A stretch of 27,754 nucleotides of DNA from a virus (Duplodnaviria > Caudoviricetes). The notes beneath the pieces are model-generated. The model saw only the letters and a list, made by a program, of their open reading frames with translations. It made no database searches and was not told the DNA's origin. The stretch covers positions 1 to 27,754 of the IMG/VR virus record IMGVR_UViG_3300037424_001509; one strand, given 5' to 3'. Below, in pieces: positions 1 to 7,220 of this stretch. Made by a program: the position numbers and the translations under genes. Every line of letters begins with the position of its first letter. Position 1 is the first letter of the stretch.

Positions 1-11
1 AATCACGCTGA

Positions 12-40
12 TTGACTCACACCGACCGACAAGCTATAAA
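12..40 (+). promoter_or_regulatory. sigma70-type promoter
   Basis: TTGACT (12-17), 17-bp spacer, TATAAA (35-40); overlapped by inverted repeat CCGACAAG (26-33)/CTTGTCGG (45-52). Confidence 0.6.
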
Positions 41-678
41 AAAACTTGTCGGCCGAATGAAACAATCCGCTGCGCCTGGACGCACCAAAACTTTTTTTAA
101 CATTGGATTTACAACTTCCCCCGTTCAAACTTTTATATCCCCCGCTCCCCTTCGCAACCCGCTACATCAAGTACGTATCGTGGAGTTTGTATCTAACCTT
201 AGACCGTTCTGAGTTTCCATTTGTGCTAGGTCCCCGCGAACCTAAGCGCCCACCCGCTTCAGCTTATCCAGCCTCACACATTTGGAGGGACCACCCAGCG
301 CCTGTCCCGTTTCGCCTTTTCCCCCGGAGCCGTTCTGTCGGCTCTTTTGTTTTTCCTGCGAAACAGTATGACCAGTTTTCGCACCACTGATCAACTCGGT
401 AATCTATCCACTTTCCTTGGATCGGATTTCCGGACTGATTGCCCTCAAAAACAAACCTTAACAAATTCCACCCGACGGTATCCAACCCGTCAGCCCTAAC
501 TTGTCAACTTTTGTTTTTTGGCTCACACGTTTTTTGAGGTTTGGCTTGTGGACCTTGCTGTTCCGCTTTTTTCCCGCTCAGCTAAACTGAGCCTATTTTT
601 CCCCGCTGGAAAACCGCTCCACCACAGTAGGTTCCGGCCGTCCGCCCGTCACGTGTATTCCGTTTTGTTAAGGTTCAA

Positions 679-704
679 GTTAAACTGAACGAGCTCAGTT
701 TAAC
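679..704. repeat. perfect 10-bp inverted repeat with 6-bp spacer
   Basis: GTTAAACTGA-ACGAGC-TCAGTTTAAC; related half-site GCTAAACTGAGC at 581-592. Confidence 0.85.
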
Positions 705-951
705 CTTTTTCGCCCGTTTTGTAAAGGTTTTTAGGGGTTTTTTAGGGGTTTTTGGCAAAACTTTAAGGTTAAATGACCATTTTTTAAGGTTGACGACACA
801 AACGGTCACTTTTTACTGAAAAAAGGTCCAAAACAGGCCATTTTTTGGAATTTGTTAAGGTTCAAAAGCTTGAAATGTGATTTGTTAAGGTTTGCCTTTT
901 GGGACTGATAGCAGATGAACAGCCGGAGACGATTTGTTAAGGTTGAAATGT

Positions 952-1022
952 TAAAAAACAGGCGCTCTATCCATGAACCTTTTTATGGGTACTTATCCGT
1001 TTGTTATAAAAAACAGGCGCTC
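952..1022 (+). repeat. 16-bp direct repeat TAAAAAACAGGCGCTC
   Basis: Exact copies at 952-967 and 1007-1022; partial AAAACAGGC near 830-838. Confidence 0.9.
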
Positions 1023-1094
1023 CAGATGAATGAAAAAGCCCGTTTATAAAATAGGTTTTCTGTGTGTTAAAACGTATTTCGGGGTTACACTCGC

Positions 1095-1118
1095 TATATT
1101 TATATATATATATATTAA
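1095..1118. repeat. pure A/T tract containing a (TA)n run
   Basis: TATATTTATATATATATATATTAA. Confidence 0.9.
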
Positions 1119-1290
1119 GTACAGTGAACACACTTGACACTGTATAAAAATAGCGAGCGTTCGGTCCAAAACCATTTTAACACACAGAGAAGGTCCTTTT
1201 TTTCAGATAAATAAAGTTTATAAACCTTTTGGCCATTGTACAAAACGGTTGCAAAAGGCGGTAAAAATAAAACGGTTTTATAAGGGGAGT

Positions 1291-1854
1291 ATGGCAAAGA
1301 AACATCGCTTTTATACAGCGCACGATGAGCGCTTCCACTCGGATAATAACGGCTCAGTCACGTTGGACAGCTTAGACCGGCTCCTACCTGCTCCTGATAG
1401 TGAACAGCCCGTTCAGTCTGTTGTCCCTGCTGTGAAGTTGGATAAGAACGGGAGGCCTGTCCCCCCCTCCCTTATAGAGCACAGTTTAAAGAATCATCCT
1501 GAGTACATCAATAGGAAGGGGAGGCCAAAGGCACGAGATGAGTTGAGGGATTTGATTTTAGATATTGGATCTGAACAAGTTGTTGTGTTGATGAAGGAGG
1601 GACGCCGAAAGTTTACAGTGTCCATGAGTAGGCTGGAAAAGGCTATCCGTGATATGTATTCATCTCCTAATCCAGCTATCAAAAAGCTATTGTTGGAGTA
1701 TGGGTTCGGCAAGGTACCGACTCCACTGGACGTGACTACCGACGGCGAGAAAATCAGCTGGTTCGACTTCATCAACTCCACTGTGATTGAGAGTGATGAG
1801 AACCTTAACAAATCCGATGACCATGATATAACGATTACAAATGTTAAAGAATAA
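1291..1854 (+). CDS. terS: probable terminase small subunit (DUF5681-like)
   Basis: ATG 1291 follows GGGGAG RBS (track start 1249 has no RBS); NRKGRPK motif then helical segment and LLLEYGFGKVP...LDVTTDGEKI tail typical of terS-like proteins; first gene upstream of terL. Confidence 0.65.
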   Translation: MAKKHRFYTAHDERFHSDNNGSVTLDSLDRLLPAPDSEQPVQSVVPAVKLDKNGRPVPPSLIEHSLKNHPEYINRKGRPKARDELRDLILDIGSEQVVVLMKEGRRKFTVSMSRLEKAIRDMYSSPNPAIKKLLLEYGFGKVPTPLDVTTDGEKISWFDFINSTVIESDENLNKSDDHDITITNVKE

Positions 1855-2019
1855 TACCTACGCCCTACGCCAGCGAACCTTAACAAATGTTAAGGTTGAA
1901 TTTGTTAACATAATGTCTACCCCCCACCGATTTCGGCCGACCCCCCCCACCGGACCCTTGCCCCGCTCTGCGACCCCTGCTGGAACTTTTTTGTTCCCTT
2001 TTGATGAAAGTGTGCTGAC

Positions 2020-3195
2020 ATGAAATGGTTTCGAACTCTTTTGCTCCTGCTTTTTGTGTTTTTGTCGGGTTGCTTTCCGATCGTGAAGAGACAGGAGATT
2101 GTGATACAGGGTGGGACATATACGTCGGGGTTGACTATTTCGGAAAGTAATATTGTGTTGGACGGAGCTGATGTAAGTAATGTGAGCGGAGGAGTGTGCT
2201 TGAAAATTACGGGGGACAATGTGACTGTGAGAAATTCTGTAATACACGATTGTAAAGATCATGGAGTGCAATTTTTGGGAACGAATGGGGGATTGTTTGA
2301 GAATAATGAAGTGTATAGAGCAGCGATGAGATACGAGCCGAATACAGTTTCGGGTGGATGGCAATCTCTCGTCAAAGTACAGTCGGTAGATGAAAGTTCC
2401 GCCGGACTAGCTCATGACATTGTCATTCAGAACAACTACATTCATGAAGGCTATGGGGAGTGTATCGGGTTGAGGGGATACAATCTCACAGTCGTAGACA
2501 ATCATCTCATGGATTGTTATTCTATCGGCATTTATACAAATGGTGACCGATCAAACATTATGAGAAATTTTGTGCAGTGTACGGGGAATCCGGAGTTTAA
2601 TAGATCCGGTCTGCCAATGGTGGGTATCAGTGCGGCTGAAGAGCAGTTTACGAACTGGGGAGCGCATGGACACGATAGACAGATTGTTTTGAACAATATT
2701 GTGACAGGTTGCAGAAATGGTTTTAGATATGGTTCTTCCGTGAACGGGAAAGGTTTGACGAACAGTGTAATCGCTTTCAACACTTTTAGCAGAGCGACGA
2801 ATGCCAGTATCGCCATCACTTATTACAGTTCACAGGCTGACAATTTGATAGAGAATAATATCGTATCCAGTGGCATACTTGCCAACTTGTCCGGCAATAC
2901 GGTGATCGGTAATTTAAGATCTGAATTTACGAGCTATGCTGTTCCAGAAGATTTCAAACTTCTGTCCTCACTACCTGCCCTTGGTCCATACAAAACCGCA
3001 AGAGATTACGGAAACTTTCTGAGAGTGGAACCTTTTGATACCGGAGCGTGGGATTACAGACCTGTCGTGCCGTCTACTCCGACTTTCGTTCCAACACAAG
3101 ATCTGTGTAAAGATGGAGTTCCGGATTTTATCGAGAGAGCTTCAGGTCTGTATTACTATTGCACGTATCCTGTGCCTACCGGATACTCACGATGA
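2020..3195 (+). CDS. lipoprotein with right-handed parallel beta-helix (pectate lyase-like), putative polysaccharide depolymerase
   Basis: Signal II peptide MKWFRTLLLLLFVFLSG|C; beta-helix repeats (NVTVRNSVIHD, FENNEVY, IVIQNNYIHE, VLNNIVT, IAFNTF, LIENNI); D-x-G-xx-R...DTGAWDY C-terminal cap resembling choice-of-anchor Q; P/T-rich linker. Confidence 0.8.
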   Translation: MKWFRTLLLLLFVFLSGCFPIVKRQEIVIQGGTYTSGLTISESNIVLDGADVSNVSGGVCLKITGDNVTVRNSVIHDCKDHGVQFLGTNGGLFENNEVYRAAMRYEPNTVSGGWQSLVKVQSVDESSAGLAHDIVIQNNYIHEGYGECIGLRGYNLTVVDNHLMDCYSIGIYTNGDRSNIMRNFVQCTGNPEFNRSGLPMVGISAAEEQFTNWGAHGHDRQIVLNNIVTGCRNGFRYGSSVNGKGLTNSVIAFNTFSRATNASIAITYYSSQADNLIENNIVSSGILANLSGNTVIGNLRSEFTSYAVPEDFKLLSSLPALGPYKTARDYGNFLRVEPFDTGAWDYRPVVPSTPTFVPTQDLCKDGVPDFIERASGLYYYCTYPVPTGYSR

Positions 3196-3407
3196 TAAAT
3201 TTCCGTGCAGAGATTGCGATGGAAAGGCCGGATGAGGAATATGATATGCCGGATGGGTATGTGGAAGGCGATCCTCCTGGATGGTGGTTTGATCCGAATG
3301 ATAGGGTTGACTTGCGAAACACGCCGGAGGGAGGGGGGGGTATAAAATATTTGGCGGGTGATTGTTTTGGACTTCGAGAAATTTTTTTGGGAGTATACTT
3401 TTTTTAA
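3192..3407 (+). CDS. small acidic hypothetical protein
   Basis: ATG at 3192 overlaps the upstream stop (ATGA), suggesting coupling; 71 aa; no recognisable family. Confidence 0.4.
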   Translation: MINFRAEIAMERPDEEYDMPDGYVEGDPPGWWFDPNDRVDLRNTPEGGGGIKYLAGDCFGLREIFLGVYFF

Positions 3408-3453
3408 GAGCATTTGAAATACATCGTCGGATAACCAATGAAAGGATATGAAA

Positions 3454-3720
3454 ATGGATACACCTGTTAGAGCAAAGTTCTATTGTTACTCTGTCACAAA
3501 AACGATTAGTAGTCCTGATCCGTTTTTATACAGCTATAAATTCAATGTTGTTATAAATGGAAGTGATGAGAATAGGAGTTTTTGGAGGTTTACTCCATCT
3601 GGTACGATTGAACTCGGTTCCATCCGTGAAGATTTGTTTGAAGTCGGCAAGGAATATTATATTGATTTCACTCTCTTTGTTCCTGCCCCGACTAAGATTG
3701 TCGAGAAAGAACAGATGTAG
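3454..3720 (+). CDS. conserved phage hypothetical protein
   Basis: AAAGGA RBS 7 nt before ATG 3454; VRAKF...EN.sFW..TPSG.IEL...F.VGKEYYIDFT pattern seen in many uncharacterised phage proteins. Confidence 0.8.
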   Translation: MDTPVRAKFYCYSVTKTISSPDPFLYSYKFNVVINGSDENRSFWRFTPSGTIELGSIREDLFEVGKEYYIDFTLFVPAPTKIVEKEQM

Positions 3721-3738
3721 AGTTTTTAAAGTCATTGG

Positions 3739-5205
3739 ATGCAGACTCAACTTTCACCTCGTGACCTAGTTGCAAATCCGGAAATGTTTGCTGCTGCATT
3801 TTTGAAGATACAGGATAAGAACAAGAAACTTATCCCGTTTACATGGAATGCGGCTCAGAAAGACTTTAATTCACGGCGTACAGGCCGTGATTTGATTTTG
3901 AAGGCAAGACAGTTAGGGTTTTCAACTTATATTCAGGGTGAAATTTTCAGAAGGATTGTCACCTCTACCAGAACTGCTATCACTCTTGCACACGACAATG
4001 ATACGACTACAAAACTTAGACTGATGGCCGATCGCTTTTATGAGCACTGTAAGTTTAATGGAATACAGCCATCCCGTAAGTATGCCAACGCTTCCCTTGC
4101 CTCCTACCCGGAACACGATTCAGAGTTCACTATCGGAACCGCAGGTAATATTCATGCGGGTAGAGGCGGAACTTATACTGACTTTCACGGTTCCGAGGTA
4201 GCTTTTTGGGGTTCAGCCGAGGATATTATCGCAGGTGCTATGCAAGGTGGCGATCCGGAAGTTTGTTTGGAGAGCACCCCGAACGGCGCACAGGGTTTTT
4301 TTTACGAGCGTTGCATGGAAGCGTTAAGAGGCGATGGAGTTTGGCGTTTACACTTCTATCCGTGGTGGTGGGATCCGGCTTATAGACTGCCCTTAAACCC
4401 CGACGAAATTTTACAATATGATGATGAAGAATTAAATCTGATTAGAGAACATAGCTTAACGCCAGAACAGATAAACTGGCGTCGCTACAAGATTAAAGAA
4501 CTGAGAGAACTTTTCAAACAAGAGTATCCTGAAGATCCAATTACGTGCTTTCTCACAAGCGGTAATTCATATTTTGGGGATATTAGTGGATTCTTTACGG
4601 CTCCTCTGAATCCGCGATACGATCCAACTCATATCTACGTAGCAGGTCTTGACTTTGGACAGTCCAACGATTTCACTTCCATGCCCGTTTTAGATCTTAG
4701 TGCCAAGGTGATGGTGGATTTGTTGCATGTCAAAAAACTTTCCTGGCGTGAACAGAGAAGAAGAATTGCTTCTCAATACAAAAAGTGGCATCTTCGAAAG
4801 ATGGGCGTAGAAATGAACTCAGTAGGCTCGGTCAACTTTGAAAAGTTGCAGGAGATTGAGATTTATCCAGGTAAAAGAATGAACTGCGTTCCCTTCTGGA
4901 CTACTAACGACAGTAAAAACCTGATAATGTCTGAACTGTACGAAGGGTTGCATTCAGAAGGCTGGCGTTTACAAGATATTCCTGAAGTAAGACATGAGAT
5001 GCAAACTTTTGTATCCAGTCAGACTCCGACCGGACTTTGGCGCTTGGCTGCCTCCGGTTCAAACCATGACGATAATGTGATTTCACTTGCAATTGCAAAG
5101 TGGGTTACTCGGGTCGCAAGCTGGGAGAGCGTGAAAGATCTGGGAAAGGTACCGAATTTTAGAGCACCAATTGGTGCAGAAGATGAGAAAATCAACTTTC
5201 GTTAA
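3739..5205 (+). CDS. terL: terminase large subunit
   Basis: Walker A LILKARQLGFST, Walker B FHGSEVAFW, coupling motif ESTPNG, RNase H-like nuclease motifs GLDFGQSND and HDDNVISLAIA. Confidence 0.95.
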   Translation: MQTQLSPRDLVANPEMFAAAFLKIQDKNKKLIPFTWNAAQKDFNSRRTGRDLILKARQLGFSTYIQGEIFRRIVTSTRTAITLAHDNDTTTKLRLMADRFYEHCKFNGIQPSRKYANASLASYPEHDSEFTIGTAGNIHAGRGGTYTDFHGSEVAFWGSAEDIIAGAMQGGDPEVCLESTPNGAQGFFYERCMEALRGDGVWRLHFYPWWWDPAYRLPLNPDEILQYDDEELNLIREHSLTPEQINWRRYKIKELRELFKQEYPEDPITCFLTSGNSYFGDISGFFTAPLNPRYDPTHIYVAGLDFGQSNDFTSMPVLDLSAKVMVDLLHVKKLSWREQRRRIASQYKKWHLRKMGVEMNSVGSVNFEKLQEIEIYPGKRMNCVPFWTTNDSKNLIMSELYEGLHSEGWRLQDIPEVRHEMQTFVSSQTPTGLWRLAASGSNHDDNVISLAIAKWVTRVASWESVKDLGKVPNFRAPIGAEDEKINFR

Positions 5206-5213
5206 GGTTTAAA

Positions 5214-5999
5214 ATGGCTATTAGAAAAGATGAACCCGAAATAATCTCACAGCATCAGGGTCGTTACTCTGGTGGCATTGCTCTCGCGATCTTAGGTGGA
5301 CCTTCCGGCAAAGACTGGATTGAACTCGGTAGAAAAATAAAACCGGACGTTGTCCTTGGGGTCAATGGAGTCAATGCCGCTGTTCATAATTTAAATTACT
5401 GGATGTGTTCTGAAAACATTTCCTATGCTCACAGACATGCGGCACACGACCGATACTGGAGTGAAATCATGGAAATGTTTTATAGAGATACAGGTGCTCA
5501 ATTCAAACTGATCAACTTTAAAAGCTGGAGAGTTTTGAGAAGCACAGAAAACTGTATCAAGATTAGAAGGTATGGTTTTCCGGAAAATGGCGTTCCCGAT
5601 TCTTTCACTTTTCGAGAGTATGGACTGGGTTTCTTATCGGGTTGGAACTTTATTGAACCGGATACGCATATACCCCAGCAGGTAGGAACTTCTGGTACTC
5701 AGCTCCTGCATCTTGCCGGTTTATTAGGGTGCAAAGAAGTTCATACCATTGGTTTCGATCTTATGTTTAGAGAGCACGAATCACATCATTTCTATCCCTA
5801 TCCCGACTATAAACCAGATCACTTCAGAAAACCTAAAAACTTTGTGAATTTTGAAGGTATCAAGACTCAGGTTGTATGGGTGGAGGGTGCTCGCTTTTTA
5901 AATACGATGATTCCTCGCATGGAGCGTGATGGGCTGCTGTGGAAAGATCATTCGGAAGGTTTATTTAAGAAGATGGGAATGAGCTGTGCAGATGAATGA
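5214..5999 (+). CDS. sialyltransferase-fold (GT29/GT42/Maf-DUF115-like) glycosyltransferase
   Basis: ALAILGGPS...LGRKIKPDVVLGVN resembles sialylmotif L / Cst-II GNGPS; TSG...LHLAGLLGCKEVHTIGFD resembles sialylmotif S; HHFY resembles motif III. Confidence 0.7.
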   Translation: MAIRKDEPEIISQHQGRYSGGIALAILGGPSGKDWIELGRKIKPDVVLGVNGVNAAVHNLNYWMCSENISYAHRHAAHDRYWSEIMEMFYRDTGAQFKLINFKSWRVLRSTENCIKIRRYGFPENGVPDSFTFREYGLGFLSGWNFIEPDTHIPQQVGTSGTQLLHLAGLLGCKEVHTIGFDLMFREHESHHFYPYPDYKPDHFRKPKNFVNFEGIKTQVVWVEGARFLNTMIPRMERDGLLWKDHSEGLFKKMGMSCADE

Positions 6000-7023
6000 T
6001 CGGCGTTATAGAAGGGTTATGGAAAAGATCAAGGAGATTCGGAACTCCCTTGCAGATATTGAAGAGCAATTGAATGTTGAACATCGGGAGTTGCAAGTTC
6101 CCAAATCTTTGAAATATCCAACCTTTTCAACTTTTTCAAGACAGGATAAGAGCATATCTTTTATCAAAGCTTTGCAAGAAAATGGGTACAGAGCAGAAGC
6201 AAACTGGCGCAGCGTAAGTTTCATTCTTTCAGATCATGATCAAGGTTCTGCTGTGATACAAGCCATGAAAACGGGGAAACCCATTTTTCTACATCCTCAC
6301 AGTGCGAGAAGTATGATCATGTGGGATGGCATTTTTAAACCTTCTAGTTTTGTGCGATGTAACTTTGTTTTTGCAGAGGGTCACAAGGAAGTCATGAGAT
6401 TGTACGGATATTCTAGACCAGTCGAGGTTATTGGCTGGTCGTATTCCCCCATTTTTAAATACAGGCCATCGAAGGAAGTGAAGAGGATACTTTTTGCCCC
6501 TATACATCCGAACAGAAGTGCTACGAAATCTGGTCAAAAGCTCGCCAGCGTAGACCTTTCTTTGAACCGAAAAGCATATGAGATTTTGAAAAGTATTCCA
6601 GGTATAGAACTGACAGTGAGATATTTTGGAAGTCTTTCAGAAAACGGATTGCCCGAACGAGAGCAGGGTATAAACTATTCCGTAGCAGAACTTTCCATTG
6701 AAAGTTCTCTACGGGAGCTAAAAATGGTTTATGATGTAGTTGTGGCTCATCAAACTTTTGCCTATCTTGCTATTGCGCTCGGTATTCCAACCGTAATGTT
6801 CGGCGAAGATGTCATACCTCATTCCGTAGATGTTAAGGTGAAAAGCTGGGAAAGGTATAAAGATATTTTGAAATACCCTCTCGACCTTTTATCGGATTCC
6901 CCCATAGAAGTACTGGAAAGAGCAATCTCTTCAGAAGAAGAGATCCTTGAATGGAGAAAAAATTTTATTGGTGATCCATTTGACGGAAATCTTTTTGTTC
7001 AAAAGCTGGAGAATTACCTGTGA
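5986..7023 (+). CDS. GT-B fold glycosyltransferase-like protein (TagF/KpsS/surface-carbohydrate-biosynthesis-like)
   Basis: IFLHPHS, NFVFAEGHKE...YG...VEVIGW, RILFAP and DVVVAHQTFAYLAIALGIPTVMF match the two-Rossmann GT-B pattern; start may be 5992. Confidence 0.65.
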   Translation: MQMNDRRYRRVMEKIKEIRNSLADIEEQLNVEHRELQVPKSLKYPTFSTFSRQDKSISFIKALQENGYRAEANWRSVSFILSDHDQGSAVIQAMKTGKPIFLHPHSARSMIMWDGIFKPSSFVRCNFVFAEGHKEVMRLYGYSRPVEVIGWSYSPIFKYRPSKEVKRILFAPIHPNRSATKSGQKLASVDLSLNRKAYEILKSIPGIELTVRYFGSLSENGLPEREQGINYSVAELSIESSLRELKMVYDVVVAHQTFAYLAIALGIPTVMFGEDVIPHSVDVKVKSWERYKDILKYPLDLLSDSPIEVLERAISSEEEILEWRKNFIGDPFDGNLFVQKLENYL

Positions 7024-7199
7024 GTATTTATTTTGCCGAGGTTGTTGTAGAAGGTTTTTTATTTATCTGGTATACGGGAATCGTAATTGCCATAGTGGAC
7101 GAGAGAGGTAAAATCTACTGGCGTCATCCTGGATATCCGCTTTTTCTGGTCGAGTATATTGTGAAACAACCCAGTCATGAGAAAGATATATGGAATTGA
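7020..7199 (+). CDS. 59-aa hypothetical protein (below ORF-track cutoff)
   Basis: GTG at 7020 overlaps the upstream TGA (GTGA); open to TGA 7197-7199: MSIYFAEVVVEGFLFIWYTGIVIAIVDERGKIYWRHPGYPLFLVEYIVKQPSHEKDIWN; fills the gap before the portal. Confidence 0.55.
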   Translation: MSIYFAEVVVEGFLFIWYTGIVIAIVDERGKIYWRHPGYPLFLVEYIVKQPSHEKDIWN

Positions 7200-7220
7200 A
7201 ATATTTCAAGTGAGGTTAAC

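Larger units (their letters stand above)
454..1897. repeat. dispersed 12-bp repeat TTTGTTAAGGTT (both orientations)
   Basis: Exact + copies at 664, 851, 881, 933; exact - copies at 454, 1801, 1876; 1-mismatch copies at 718 and 780; 10-bp core TGTTAAGGTT at 1888-1897. Confidence 0.9.

Noticed and set aside
12-485. Short ORFs 12-212, 103-390 and 264-485
   Set aside because: Mutually overlapping, non-ATG starts, no RBS, no protein-like features; 12-212 starts inside the promoter -35.
728-753. Telomere-like TTTTTAGGGG tandem repeat
   Set aside because: Only two units in a low-complexity T-rich stretch; no further support.
454-944. CRISPR array from the recurring 12-mer
   Set aside because: Repeat too short, spacing irregular, both orientations present, no cas genes.
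1876-1897. Protelomerase (telRL) hairpin-end site
   Set aside because: Arms are only 10 bp with a non-palindromic centre, and no protelomerase gene is in the window.
1903-1930. Xer dif-like site on the minus strand (TTATGTTAA resembles the XerD arm)
   Set aside because: The would-be XerC arm (TCGGTGGGGGG) does not resemble dif, and the match is explained by the local repeat family.
3333-3348. Phase-variable promoter (G8 followed by TATAAAAT)
   Set aside because: No -35 at a usable spacing (nearest TTGCGA is 23 bp away) and it lies within a low-confidence ORF.
3739-5205. Intein or intron in terL
   Set aside because: Length is normal, motifs are contiguous, and there is no C...HN/C splice signature or homing endonuclease.
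5198-5209. Distant 1-mismatch copy of the 12-mer (TTCGTTAAGGTT)
   Set aside because: Explained by the terL stop codon plus the next gene's AAGG RBS; isolated, likely chance.
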